Part shown: piece after piece, positions 38,149 to 46,851 of the stretch
Layout of the letters: every line of letters starts with the position of its first letter
Numbering within the stretch: position 1 is the stretch's first letter
From: a virus
Virus record (IMG/VR): IMGVR_UViG_3300032087_003094
Location: 1 to 64,000 of that record
Length of the DNA stretch: 64,000 nucleotides
Strand: one strand, 5' to 3'
Made by a program: the position numbers and the translations under genes
Notes under the pieces: generated by a model
Database searches by the model: none
What the model was told of the DNA's origin: nothing
The model's input: the letters and a program-made list of their open reading frames with translations, nothing else

Positions 38149-38309
38149 CCAAGAATGAGGTATAATTAAAAGGCTGATTGAAACCGGCGTCAAGAATCAC
38201 AAAACGAGAAAGAGACTTTAAGTAAGAATCCAGAAGCCTAGTTGTTAAATCGTTTTGTGTAACTAGAGATGCTTGTTTCAACTGGGTTCTTTCTTAAGGT
38301 CTTTTTTTT
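38139..38309 (+). promoter_or_regulatory. Promoter with attenuator-like long hairpin terminator
   Basis: TAGACA-16-TATAAT; ~20-bp stem 38214-38233/38282-38301 followed by T8. Confidence 0.65.
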
Positions 38310-38331
38310 CGCCTCAAGTTTCCTCAGTAAA

Positions 38332-38786
38332 TAGATGATATATGTGGTGGAGTTAGTTGTAACCGTGGCGCGCGGATATAGTTACATGCTGGCAATGGCC
38401 TTATTCAGTTGACTAGACCGGCCTAGCTCCCCTTCATATATCATCTACAATTAGCATATCAACGACCACTTGTCACAGATTGGGTTTAAGTCCCTTTTGG
38501 AGATAACTGGCGGGAATATTAATTCCGACGATGCCGTTTCAATAGGTGACGTTGATATGCTAATTGACAAGTCCTTAAGAATTTAGATTCTTGTTCAGCA
38601 AAAAATGAAAATGAATGCCTATAGCTAAAGGCTTTAAACAGCAAATTTACAAAGTTTTACATTTTCTACTTATCACTACGACATTTAGACCGTGGACAAA
38701 GCAGGTTAAGTTGATGTGCCAACTATCTTAAGCTGGATATCGGAGCGACAACTCTAAAAACTGTTCTGCATATTGAGAGTGATAAG
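38332..38786 (+). ncRNA. Candidate structured ncRNA or origin: three long stem-loop domains
   Basis: Inverted repeats of 13+, 17 and 9 bp in an ORF-free region. Confidence 0.5.
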
Positions 38787-38850
38787 AATATAGATTTACC
38801 TTTATATCAACTAAAGGTCTAATGACCACTATTAACTAAAGGAAAACAAT

Positions 38851-39108
38851 ATGAAAGTAGAAGAAACACTGAAAGAGCGAGGAGAGCGATACGGAAGCTT
38901 TGATGGTTATGCACTGCAATTAGAAGCATTGAAAAATGCGGTTGATTTGGAGGCTTCGTCACTTAATTGTGTGCACAAAGCCGGAATGGAGATGATATTA
39001 ACTAAAATAGCTAGGATTATGAATGGCGATCCTGATTATGTTGATAACTGGCATGATATAGCTGGATATGCAACATTGGTAGAAAGAGATATTGAAAAGA
39101 ATTTTTAA
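38851..39108 (+). CDS. DUF6378-like protein
   Basis: TLKERGERYGSF..KIARIMNGDPDYVDNWHDIAGYATL. Confidence 0.8.
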   Translation: MKVEETLKERGERYGSFDGYALQLEALKNAVDLEASSLNCVHKAGMEMILTKIARIMNGDPDYVDNWHDIAGYATLVERDIEKNF

Positions 39109-39127
39109 CTAAATAGGAGATAAGAGA

Positions 39128-39553
39128 GTGATAGCAAACGTAATGGTAAAAAAGAATATTGATGTTAAGTACCTAAAGGTTTCGGCGAATGTTCGATATT
39201 GGGGAGATTCAGAAATTAACGGCGAAATGTCAGATGATGAAGGTGAGGGAGTCCCGTTTAAAAATGCAGAGTTATGGGAGCCTGTCATTGATGTTGATAA
39301 AGGGGCGGTTTGTGACTGGCCTATTGGTACTGTAGCAAAATTTCATTTTAAGGTTTGCGATGCTGGCAGTTACTATTTGTTGGATGATAACTTTAATGAA
39401 TTGTTATCAAGGGTAAATAATTACGTTCCTGACGGTTTATGTCATGGCGATGAAGGATATGGGGATTATATTATTTTTGATGTAGGGCAGGACGGCTGTA
39501 TAGTTAACTATTCAAATAAAATTAATATTGAAGATTGGGAAGGAGAGCAATAA
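39128..39553 (+). CDS. Hypothetical protein
   Basis: Its 3' end is duplicated at window positions 1-94. Confidence 0.75.
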   Translation: MIANVMVKKNIDVKYLKVSANVRYWGDSEINGEMSDDEGEGVPFKNAELWEPVIDVDKGAVCDWPIGTVAKFHFKVCDAGSYYLLDDNFNELLSRVNNYVPDGLCHGDEGYGDYIIFDVGQDGCIVNYSNKINIEDWEGEQ

Positions 39554-39555
39554 CA

Positions 39556-39804
39556 ATGAGTAACAAGTGTAAAAATTGTGATTCAGGTATTTATTGCCAT
39601 GATTGCGGGGTGTGTGGAGAGTGTCACACTAGAAAGATATGGGTATTAAAAGAGCAAATAGAGCAACTACAAAAAGAGAATGAGGAAAGCTTTAGAAAGG
39701 GTTTTTGGGCTGGATATGAAGACGCTAGATGCTTTCCTGATGAAAATAACATATTGCAGCGCTATGCAGCTCTGACTGAAAATAGGAATAGCAATGACCA
39801 ATAA
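39556..39804 (+). CDS. Hypothetical Cys-rich protein
   Basis: CxxC-rich N-terminus joined to the C-terminus shared with 100-345. Confidence 0.7.
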   Translation: MSNKCKNCDSGIYCHDCGVCGECHTRKIWVLKEQIEQLQKENEESFRKGFWAGYEDARCFPDENNILQRYAALTENRNSNDQ

Positions 39805-39848
39805 AATAATAATACACAACCAGTCAAACTAGTTTATAATACATATAC

Positions 39849-39927
39849 GCGGCTAGGTTTAGCGACCGAAAAACAAACCCCTTATTTGTTTGCCGCTCAT
39901 ATTTCATAAGGGCTGATGCTAAAGGAG
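39849..39927 (+). ncRNA. C4-like antisense/leader RNA with downstream targets
   Basis: Three-way junction; loops TTTAGCG and CCCTTAT pair with TGCTAAA and ATAAGGG next to the RBS. Confidence 0.65.
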
Positions 39928-39933
39928 CGTTAA

Positions 39934-40447
39934 ATGATAGATCTAAAAACCTGCACAAGAGCCGATTTTATAGAGGCTTACACAAATCTAGAAAACTCTC
40001 ACAAGCACCTAGAAAGCGAAGTTCATCATCTTAACGAGCGCCTGCAGGAATACGAAGGCATTCAAACTGATGATGAAAAGGAGGCGGAGTTTCAAAAAAT
40101 TCTGGACGATGTACGAAAAGAAAGGAAATCTCAAAACTACCCGAACTAGGTGGAATAAGCTAAGCAATAAGAAAAAGAAGCTAATATTCGACCACCTGCC
40201 AAAGTATGTGAAATCAACCTACAAAGATGCTCGATACCCATCAAGAAAAAATGCAGAGGTCTACATTAGTAAAGAAGCATGGCTTGATGAAATTATTGAG
40301 AATAAAGACTATCAGAAGTTTTCACCACAGCCAGCGGTAGGAAGCGCATCATTTAAACCAAGCCCGATAAAAAATAGAAGCAAGGAGCTAGATAGGCTTA
40401 GAGAGCAGAGTAAATCGGTTAACATTAAAGAGAGGTTAGGGTTATGA
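39934..40447 (+). pseudogene. Frameshifted homolog of the 487-999 replication protein
   Basis: One extra A in the run at 40094-40099 splits the ORF. Confidence 0.8.
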
Positions 40448-40629
40448 GTAGCAATAACTGGATAGATGTGAATCACTGTAGATTATGTGGCGGTCCTATA
40501 AATTATGATAGGGGTATAGTGCTGACAAGTTCACCACCTCAATATTAAGGGCGATGCCAAGATTGCGGAGATTTAACAAATAGATTGTGCGGCGAGGTTG
40601 ATCAAAACACCAACAAAGCAAAAGGATAG
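40444..40629 (+). pseudogene. Zn-ribbon ORF with an internal TAA
   Basis: CRLCGG..LTSSPPQY*GRCQDCG; stop at 40546-40548. Confidence 0.6.
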
Positions 40630-40635
40630 TAAATA

Positions 40636-41373
40636 ATGATTGAGATACATAATATTGATTGCATGGAATATATGAAAAGCATGAGTGATGAAAGCGTTGA
40701 TTTGATTGTTACCGATCCGCCTTATGATATAAAAAACACAACATCGGGCGGCGACTCCGATCTTTCTCGCAGCATCCAATCTCAACATGATCAATTAATC
40801 AGAGACAATATAACCAACTCCATAGATTATTCTAAAGTTTGCGCGGAGATGGTTAGAGTCTGTAAGAAGATAAATATCTATATATGGTGCAACAAAGCCC
40901 AAATTCCCTACTATTTGAAAGAGTTTTACGCCGATAGGGGCTGCTCGTTCGATATTATTAAATGGGTTAAAACAAATCCCGTACCGGCTTATTGCAACAA
41001 ATATATGACAGACACCGAATATTGTTTATATTTCAGGAAAGGCGGTTATTGCATGCCTCAAAATTCGTCTGATGCATCAACGCTATATAGTGCACCAATA
41101 AACCAGCTAGATAAAAAGAAATATAAACATCCAACCATAAAACCTGTTGATATCCTCAAGCGGCTAATAAGGAATAGTTCAAAAGTTGGCGATCTGGTAT
41201 TTGATCCTTTTGCTGGTTCGGGTAGTACGGGGGTTGCATCAGCGATTGAAGGCAGGGGGTTTATAGGGTGTGAGCTTTTGCAAGAATATACCGATATTGC
41301 TAGGTATAGAGTAAGCGAGATAATAGGGGGCAACAAAGTCAACTCTCACACTGGTCAAGCGGCACTGTTTTGA
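40636..41373 (+). CDS. DNA N4/N6 methyltransferase (beta class)
   Basis: DPPY precedes HPTIKP and DPFAGSGST. Confidence 0.95.
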   Translation: MIEIHNIDCMEYMKSMSDESVDLIVTDPPYDIKNTTSGGDSDLSRSIQSQHDQLIRDNITNSIDYSKVCAEMVRVCKKINIYIWCNKAQIPYYLKEFYADRGCSFDIIKWVKTNPVPAYCNKYMTDTEYCLYFRKGGYCMPQNSSDASTLYSAPINQLDKKKYKHPTIKPVDILKRLIRNSSKVGDLVFDPFAGSGSTGVASAIEGRGFIGCELLQEYTDIARYRVSEIIGGNKVNSHTGQAALF

Positions 41374-41528
41374 ACTGGTCAAGAAAGCACAAATACTACA
41401 CTGATAGCGGCCCATATAGAATATGCTGGACAGATGCTAGGCCACCGCTATTTATGTGTAGTTATAAGAAAGAGTTTATTGGCAAGTCGAACAATGCCGA
41501 TGAAGCCAGGCGAATTTGTGAAAGCCAT

Positions 41529-41699
41529 TCACTCACCTGAAGCTACAAAGCTAGAGTTATTCTCTTTTTCAAGTTCTTCTTCTATCAGTTGAGCAATGAT
41601 ATCCTGTTTTGTTTTGATGATAGCATCTCTATTTTTTCTGATAGCCGATAAGGTGCTTAAGTTTTCGTTAGCCAAGTCTGAGATTTTAATTGTTTTCAT
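41529..41699 (-). CDS. Small ribbon-helix-helix-like regulator
   Basis: Hand translation MKTIKISDLANENLSTLSAIRK...VASGE; same slot as 2472-2660. Confidence 0.6.
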   Translation of the reverse strand: MKTIKISDLANENLSTLSAIRKNRDAIIKTKQDIIAQLIEEELEKENNSSFVASGE

Positions 41700-41788
41700 G
41701 TATTCACCTAAGTAGTCAAAAAAGTAGTTGCATAATTAGTAAGATGAAGTATACTAGATTCATTGGATAAAGTTAAGGAATAAATCAA

Positions 41789-42364
41789 ATGAAAACAACA
41801 TTAGGTAAGATTTGGGAGTTCGGTCCTTGCTGTAGAGAGGATGAGTCTGGCGGGTGGGGTTTGCTAACTAAAAACTTAGGAACTAGCGATCACTCAAAAG
41901 AAGTTGATTTGATGGAAATATTAAAATCAAACGGAATTAAAGATGCAGTTTGGGCTTTAAGATGTTTTGATTATCTTGATTATTGCCTTTTTCTTGCTGA
42001 TGTTGCAGAAAGCGTACTTGATATTTATGAGAAGAAAAACAGTTCAAGCGCTCCGAGATTAGCAATTCAGGCAGTTAGAGATTATAAGGCTGGAGGTATA
42101 ACAAAAGAAAAATTACGATCTGCTGCTGATGCTTATGCTGCTTATGCTGCTGCTGATGCTTATGCTGCTGCTTATGCTGCTGATGCTGCTTCTGCTTATG
42201 CTGCTGCTTATGCTGCTTATGCTGCTGATGCTGCTTATGCTGCTGCTGATGCTGCTGCTGATGCTTCTGCTGCTGCTGATGCTTCTGCTGCTTATGCTGA
42301 TGCTAGATCAAAAAAATGGGATGAAATAGAACAATTATTCATTAAGCATTTTGGAGATAAATAA
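41789..42364 (+). CDS. Ala-rich low-complexity phage protein
   Basis: ADVAESVL..PRLAIQAVR followed by an A/D/Y/S tract. Confidence 0.75.
   Translation: MKTTLGKIWEFGPCCREDESGGWGLLTKNLGTSDHSKEVDLMEILKSNGIKDAVWALRCFDYLDYCLFLADVAESVLDIYEKKNSSSAPRLAIQAVRDYKAGGITKEKLRSAADAYAAYAAADAYAAAYAADAASAYAAAYAAYAADAAYAAADAAADASAAADASAAYADARSKKWDEIEQLFIKHFGDK
42121..42304 (+). repeat. GCT-based coding microsatellite
   Basis: Only GCT, GAT, TAT and TCT codons. Confidence 0.95.
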
Positions 42365-42742
42365 ATGAGTCAATTAACATTTTTCGAACAGTATGTAGAA
42401 TCAGTATTCGGCCTTGAAGATGTAACTTACATCTCAGACGAGCAAGCGCTATCAAATCTAGGTTTTATGCAAGTCAACCATCCTGATGAGTATCAAGAGA
42501 TAATCGACCAAGTAAACGCAAGCTATGAGCCGCCAGAGGGTAAAGAATGCGACCTCGATGAATTAACAGACGCTATCACTAATAGAAACCCAATGAAGTT
42601 CGTTGTGGAATTAGAGCGATTAATGATAGTCGAGTTCAAAGCTTACATTGATGAAGTTCAGCAAGAAATCGCATACAAGAGTGCAAATCCAGAGCGTGAC
42701 GGCTCTTATGAGACTAAGCAAGCAAGGGAGATGGTGTTATGA
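42365..42742 (+). CDS. Hypothetical protein (homolog of 2742-3119)
   Basis: Near-identical sequence. Confidence 0.8.
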   Translation: MSQLTFFEQYVESVFGLEDVTYISDEQALSNLGFMQVNHPDEYQEIIDQVNASYEPPEGKECDLDELTDAITNRNPMKFVVELERLMIVEFKAYIDEVQQEIAYKSANPERDGSYETKQAREMVL

Positions 42743-43449
42743 GAGAGATTAAGTTCAGGGCGTGGGATAAAGATAAAAGCAAGGGTTATCTGATGCACGG
42801 CTATCAGTATAGAAAAGCTGAATATCACCCTTTAGCCACTTCTCGCGGTTATGTTTTAGAGCATAGGCTTGTTATGGAGAATCATCTTGGTAGGTATTTG
42901 GAAAAAGGGGCGGTTATCCATCATAAAAATGGTGTTAGAGATGATAACAGGTTGGAAAACTTAGAGTATCATCAAGAGCAGTCTAGGCACGCAAAGTCAC
43001 ATGATTCCGGAGTTAGAAATAAAAACGGGCAGTTTGTTGCAGAATCGCAAGAATTTCAAAACAAAAAATTTAAACTTTTTAATAAAAATTCTAAACAGGT
43101 TCAAATTTTTACTCTGCAAAAGCTTATATCTACAACATTTAGAAGAAGTCAATTTGAGTATTGCGGAGAGTTTACCGGTCTAAAAGACAAGAATGACGTT
43201 GAGATTTATGAGGGGGATATAGTTAAAGTAGTATATGAGGAATATCCAGATGAAGATTTTGCGATCGGAAAGGTGTGGTGGTTTCAATGCTATTATCCGG
43301 CTTTTGATGTTTATGTTCCTTCGGAGCGAGCAAAGACAGGATTTGAAAGCTACTCTGATGGATATAACGCGTTCACATGCGATGAAATATCAATTGAGGT
43401 AATCGGCAACATCTACGAAAACCCAGAACTACTAGAGGTTAAACAATGA
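42739..43449 (+). CDS. YopX-family protein with an inserted HNH domain
   Basis: [11 protein letters not shown] / [22 protein letters not shown] / [27 protein letters not shown]. Confidence 0.85.
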   Translation: MREIKFRAWDKDKSKGYLMHGYQYRKAEYHPLATSRGYVLEHRLVMENHLGRYLEKGAVIHHKNGVRDDNRLENLEYHQEQSRHAKSHDSGVRNKNGQFVAESQEFQNKKFKLFNKNSKQVQIFTLQKLISTTFRRSQFEYCGEFTGLKDKNDVEIYEGDIVKVVYEEYPDEDFAIGKVWWFQCYYPAFDVYVPSERAKTGFESYSDGYNAFTCDEISIEVIGNIYENPELLEVKQ

Positions 43450-43537
43450 AACTAACAATAGAAGAAAGAAAAGAGCTAGCATGGGTAATAGCTGGCTGCA
43501 TATTTTTAATATCATTAATGAGTTTGGTGGAGTCGAT

Positions 43538-43720
43538 ATGAAAACAGAAACGCAAGAAATGGAGAGCAATTTAGCTCTCGCGTGGTTCGATGGTGTTTAT
43601 ACTCAAGATCAAGCACAAGTATCTGCCGAGCTTCAAGGGTTGAGTTTTGAAAATATAGTAAACGAATACTCAAAGCTTTATCACGATGCAGAAAGCGCGG
43701 GGGCTTATCAATGGAATTAG
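43538..43720 (+). CDS. Hypothetical protein (homolog of 3202-3375)
   Basis: Conserved sequence. Confidence 0.7.
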   Translation: MKTETQEMESNLALAWFDGVYTQDQAQVSAELQGLSFENIVNEYSKLYHDAESAGAYQWN

Positions 43721-44367
43721 TAGAAAAATTAGCAAATATTCAACAACGCTTAGTTGCGCCAAAAGGGCAAACTAACAAGTTTGGCGGGTACAAATATCGA
43801 TCTTGCGAGGATATTTTAACGGCCTTAAAACCATTACTTGATGATTGCGCGCTTACCATTACCGACGAAATTCAAATGATAGGCGACCGCTTTTATGTAG
43901 TCGCAACAGCAACATTAACAAACGGCAAAGACTCAATTAGTGTTAAAGGCTACGCTAGGGAGTGCGAAAGCAAAAAAGGGATGGATGATAGCCAGTTAAC
44001 CGGCTCGTGTAGCAGCTACGCTAGAAAGTACGCCCTAAACGGCTTGTTCTGTATTGATGACTCAAAAGACGCTGATGCGATGGACAATAGAAAACCGCAA
44101 CTGCCAAGCAAGCTAAAAAAGATTTATCAGCAAGCGCGTGAGCACTACGATGCTGGTGATTTGCAGGCGGTTAGAGAGGTTTTAGCTAGCTTTGAAATGA
44201 TTGAGCAACAAAGAGCGGTAATGCTTGAGTTCGTATCAAATGAAAGAGCGGCAATAACCAAATATGTAAAAGAAAACGCGGATAGTCGGTGCGATGTCCA
44301 AAAAGCGGATTACTTAACAGCGAAAGAGCATGATCAACTGTGTAAAAACTACGGATTCAACGGATAA
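43711..44367 (+). CDS. erf: ERF-family ssDNA annealing protein
   Basis: APKGQTNKFGGYKYRSCEDI..QLTGSCSSYARKYALNGLF. Confidence 0.9.
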   Translation: MELVEKLANIQQRLVAPKGQTNKFGGYKYRSCEDILTALKPLLDDCALTITDEIQMIGDRFYVVATATLTNGKDSISVKGYARECESKKGMDDSQLTGSCSSYARKYALNGLFCIDDSKDADAMDNRKPQLPSKLKKIYQQAREHYDAGDLQAVREVLASFEMIEQQRAVMLEFVSNERAAITKYVKENADSRCDVQKADYLTAKEHDQLCKNYGFNG

Positions 44368-44382
44368 CAAAAGGGTAATAAA

Positions 44383-44844
44383 ATGAAAGGCGTAAACAAA
44401 GCAATAATAGTGGGGACGTTAGGTAAAGACCCAGAAATTAGATACGCTCCAGCAGGCGCAGCAATAACAAATATCAGCGTTGCAACAAGCGAAAGCTGGA
44501 AAGATAAAAATTCTGGCCAAAAACAAGAGAAGACAGAATGGCATCGAGTGGTATTTTTTGGGAAGCTGGCTGAAATTGCTGGCGAATACTTGAAGAAAGG
44601 CTCTCAAGCTTATATTGAAGGCAAGCTTCAAACCCGTAAATGGCAGGATAAACAAGGTCAAGACCGTTACACAACTGAAATCGTTGTTGATGGCTTTAAC
44701 GGCGTTATGCAAATGTTAGGCGGCAAGGGTGACAACAATCAAGCAAAGCCGCAATCAGAAAGTCAAGGTAGTCAACAATACCAAAAAGACGCACAGCAAG
44801 CGCAGCAATTTGATAATAGCTTTGACGACGACATACCCTTTTAA
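44383..44844 (+). CDS. ssb: Single-stranded DNA-binding protein
   Basis: Canonical [25 protein letters not shown]. Confidence 0.97.
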   Translation: MKGVNKAIIVGTLGKDPEIRYAPAGAAITNISVATSESWKDKNSGQKQEKTEWHRVVFFGKLAEIAGEYLKKGSQAYIEGKLQTRKWQDKQGQDRYTTEIVVDGFNGVMQMLGGKGDNNQAKPQSESQGSQQYQKDAQQAQQFDNSFDDDIPF

Positions 44845-44857
44845 CCATAAGGAATAG

Positions 44858-45088
44858 ATGATGTTTGAATCGGTAGCGGTATGGGCAGATGTTGGGCATG
44901 GAAAGTTTTTAACTAAAGACAGACACCTTACTAGTAGAGAGGCTCGGACAGTCTGCGAATTGTTGGAGAAAAACGGCTTTGGAGGTGAGGGTTTAGTATT
45001 TCCAGAGTCAACAGAGGTTAGAGAAATTAACACCGACGGCTCGCACTTAACAGAATTCGAGAAAAAAGCTGGCTTCGACGGTAAATAA
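44858..45088 (+). CDS. Cassette gene 1, hypothetical
   Basis: Starts inside the repeat. Confidence 0.7.
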   Translation: MMFESVAVWADVGHGKFLTKDRHLTSREARTVCELLEKNGFGGEGLVFPESTEVREINTDGSHLTEFEKKAGFDGK

Positions 45089-45105
45089 TCAACCATAAGG
45101 AATAG

Positions 45106-45237
45106 ATGATGGGACCAATAAGATTTAGTTTTAAACCATTAGTGGTAATAGCCATTCTTCTTTCTGCGGTTGTAGGGTGGGCGGTCATAGAACTTTTGAT
45201 ATGGCTGATTAAAAATGTCAGTGTAACTTTTGGATAA
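45106..45237 (+). CDS. Cassette gene 2, 43-aa membrane peptide
   Basis: Hand translation MMGPIRFSFKPLVVIAILLSAVVGWAVIELLIWL. Confidence 0.65.
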   Translation: MMGPIRFSFKPLVVIAILLSAVVGWAVIELLIWLIKNVSVTFG

Positions 45238-45244
45238 GGAATAG

Positions 45245-45517
45245 ATGATGAGTGTAGGCGGGAAAGTAATAGATCATAAAATATTCGATGAAAAAGTTTA
45301 TATAAACACAACTGACGGTAGTGAGTGCGCTATCTATGTGGAAAGAGACAAAAACTCAGAGTCGGTATCAATTAACGATGTTGTTTGGTGGCAGGGCGAT
45401 AAAGCATACTGGACTACAAAGGATAGAAAGGCTCAGGTTGAAACAGTCTTATTTAGACGCGGCTTTTCTGGTGTTCCTTATCCGCACGACAAGCCAGAAG
45501 TGAAGCCTAAATATTAA
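45245..45517 (+). CDS. Cassette gene 3, hypothetical
   Basis: Starts inside the repeat. Confidence 0.7.
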   Translation: MMSVGGKVIDHKIFDEKVYINTTDGSECAIYVERDKNSESVSINDVVWWQGDKAYWTTKDRKAQVETVLFRRGFSGVPYPHDKPEVKPKY

Positions 45518-45534
45518 CCAACCATAAGGAATAG

Positions 45535-45801
45535 ATGATGATTGAGCTATCTAATAATCAAATTTCAATACTAGGCAAGCCAAATTTTGCATGCGCACCT
45601 ATTGCAAAACTACTGATAAAGCATTCGATTTATGAAGATAAAGAAAACAAGGCGGAATATGAGCAAGCTGTTTTCATCCATTGGGCGAGTGATTTGCTTG
45701 AAAAATTTGGTGATGGCTGGGTTGATGAAGCAAAAAGAATAATTGACAAGCTGTTAGAAGCCGAATCTTTAATCAACCATAAGGAAGGTAACGAGAAATG
45801 A
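45535..45801 (+). CDS. Cassette gene 4, hypothetical
   Basis: Starts inside the repeat; ILGKPNFAC..KAEYEQA. Confidence 0.7.
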   Translation: MMIELSNNQISILGKPNFACAPIAKLLIKHSIYEDKENKAEYEQAVFIHWASDLLEKFGDGWVDEAKRIIDKLLEAESLINHKEGNEK

Positions 45802-45944
45802 GGTGGCTTTGGATAAAAATTAGATGTTTCTTTGGTTGGCATGTATGGGCTTGGAAACTTAGAAGCGGGTCAATCATCTATATGCAAGGTGACCCTCCAA
45901 GTGATGTTAAATGTAAATATTGTGGAGAGATATGGGATGAATAA
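45798..45944 (+). CDS. Small Cys/His protein
   Basis: CFFGWH..CKYCG; occupies the slot of 4680-4961. Confidence 0.6.
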   Translation: MRWLWIKIRCFFGWHVWAWKLRSGSIIYMQGDPPSDVKCKYCGEIWDE

Positions 45945-46179
45945 CCTAACACAAGAGCAAGTGAGGGAAAAAAGAATTAATGCGTTTTGGAACGGTGTTT
46001 TACTTAACTGGTATTTTAGTGGTAAGTATTGGTATTGCGGGACAGCTAAAAGAAATGCCAAAGTGAATGGAATAACTTGCAGAAAAAGTGGCAGCGGAAA
46101 CAACAAAGACGAGGCTTTTCAGGATTTTAGGAATGCTAATGGGGTTTATGATTGTCAGCCACAAGAGAAAGCTAAATAA
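45937..46179 (+). CDS. Hypothetical protein
   Basis: MNNLTQEQ start shared with the minigene at 4954. Confidence 0.6.
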   Translation: MNNLTQEQVREKRINAFWNGVLLNWYFSGKYWYCGTAKRNAKVNGITCRKSGSGNNKDEAFQDFRNANGVYDCQPQEKAK

Positions 46180-46604
46180 TGACCTCTTTCACCATAAACT
46201 CAAAACAAGCCGTTGAAAGCTTTCAAGAGTTTATACAAGAAGAATTTATAAAAGAAAAATACTTGATAGCTAAGATAGTCAAGGCCACAAGGTTGCAAAT
46301 TCAAAATCGATGGATACAACAGTTTTACAATATGGTGTCAGGTCAGACAGGCCAGCCAAGGCAAACGCTAGTCAACCACTGCAAGTATTATCACGGCATG
46401 CCTATACTGCTAGCAGACCAGCCAGAACAAGCGGAACTATGGCGCAAGATGATGATTCCGCTAACGGAAGAAGAAAGGCTTGCAGCTATGGAAATAACGG
46501 CTGTAACTAGCTTGATGGACGTTCACGAGTGTTCAGATTATATTAAACAGTTGATAGCTCATTTCGATCACTGCGAGCTACCAAGAAAACAATGGAGAGA
46601 GTAA
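46179..46604 (+). CDS. NinB-like protein
   Basis: Near-identical to 4986-5411. Confidence 0.6.
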   Translation: MTSFTINSKQAVESFQEFIQEEFIKEKYLIAKIVKATRLQIQNRWIQQFYNMVSGQTGQPRQTLVNHCKYYHGMPILLADQPEQAELWRKMMIPLTEEERLAAMEITAVTSLMDVHECSDYIKQLIAHFDHCELPRKQWRE

Positions 46605-46837
46605 TGAAAGTAGATGAGTATGATGTGCCAAGGCTTATTCAAAAAATGGAATACAGCTACTCTGCAATGGCGTTTACGGTTTTATTCTTTAATGATAGGC
46701 AAAGCTCATTCCCTACTGATCTTGTATGTCCATCCATAGGCTTAATGCAAAGCAAGCCAACAAGAATGCAGTGGCTGGAGGCTGAAAACAATATAAGAAA
46801 ATACGTTGATAAGAATTGGAAATCAATGAATTCTTAA
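46592..46837 (+). CDS. Hypothetical protein
   Basis: Swapped ORF between the ninB-like gene and ninG. Confidence 0.55.
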   Translation: MERVMKVDEYDVPRLIQKMEYSYSAMAFTVLFFNDRQSSFPTDLVCPSIGLMQSKPTRMQWLEAENNIRKYVDKNWKSMNS

Positions 46838-46851
46838 GAGATAGCTAAATA

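Larger units (their letters stand above)
1..39456 (+). mobile_element. Phage genome unit A (P22-like podovirus morphogenesis); boundaries approximate
   Basis: Complete early, lysis, terminase, portal, coat and tail gene order; the sequence at position 1 recurs at 39457. Confidence 0.85.
44843..45800 (+). repeat. Dispersed AACCATAAGGAATAGATGATG repeats heading small genes
   Basis: Copies at 44843, 45091, 45234 (partial) and 45520; variant at 45775. Confidence 0.95.

Noticed and set aside
38332-38786. tRNA genes
   Set aside because: No cloverleaf with a T-loop consensus or acceptor/CCA end was found; the stems are too long.
35467-39456. att site or integrase marking a prophage junction
   Set aside because: No recombinase gene or att-like core could be identified, so the exact A/B boundary is unresolved.
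40546-40548. Stop-codon reassignment
   Set aside because: It is a single in-frame TAA; TAA, TAG and TGA all terminate genes normally elsewhere.
42129-42329. Leu/Met-rich ORF
   Set aside because: It is an alternate-frame shadow of the GCT microsatellite.
44843-45800. CRISPR array
   Set aside because: The intervals are 140-290 nt, irregular and protein-coding; the repeats are RBS/start sequences and there are no cas genes.
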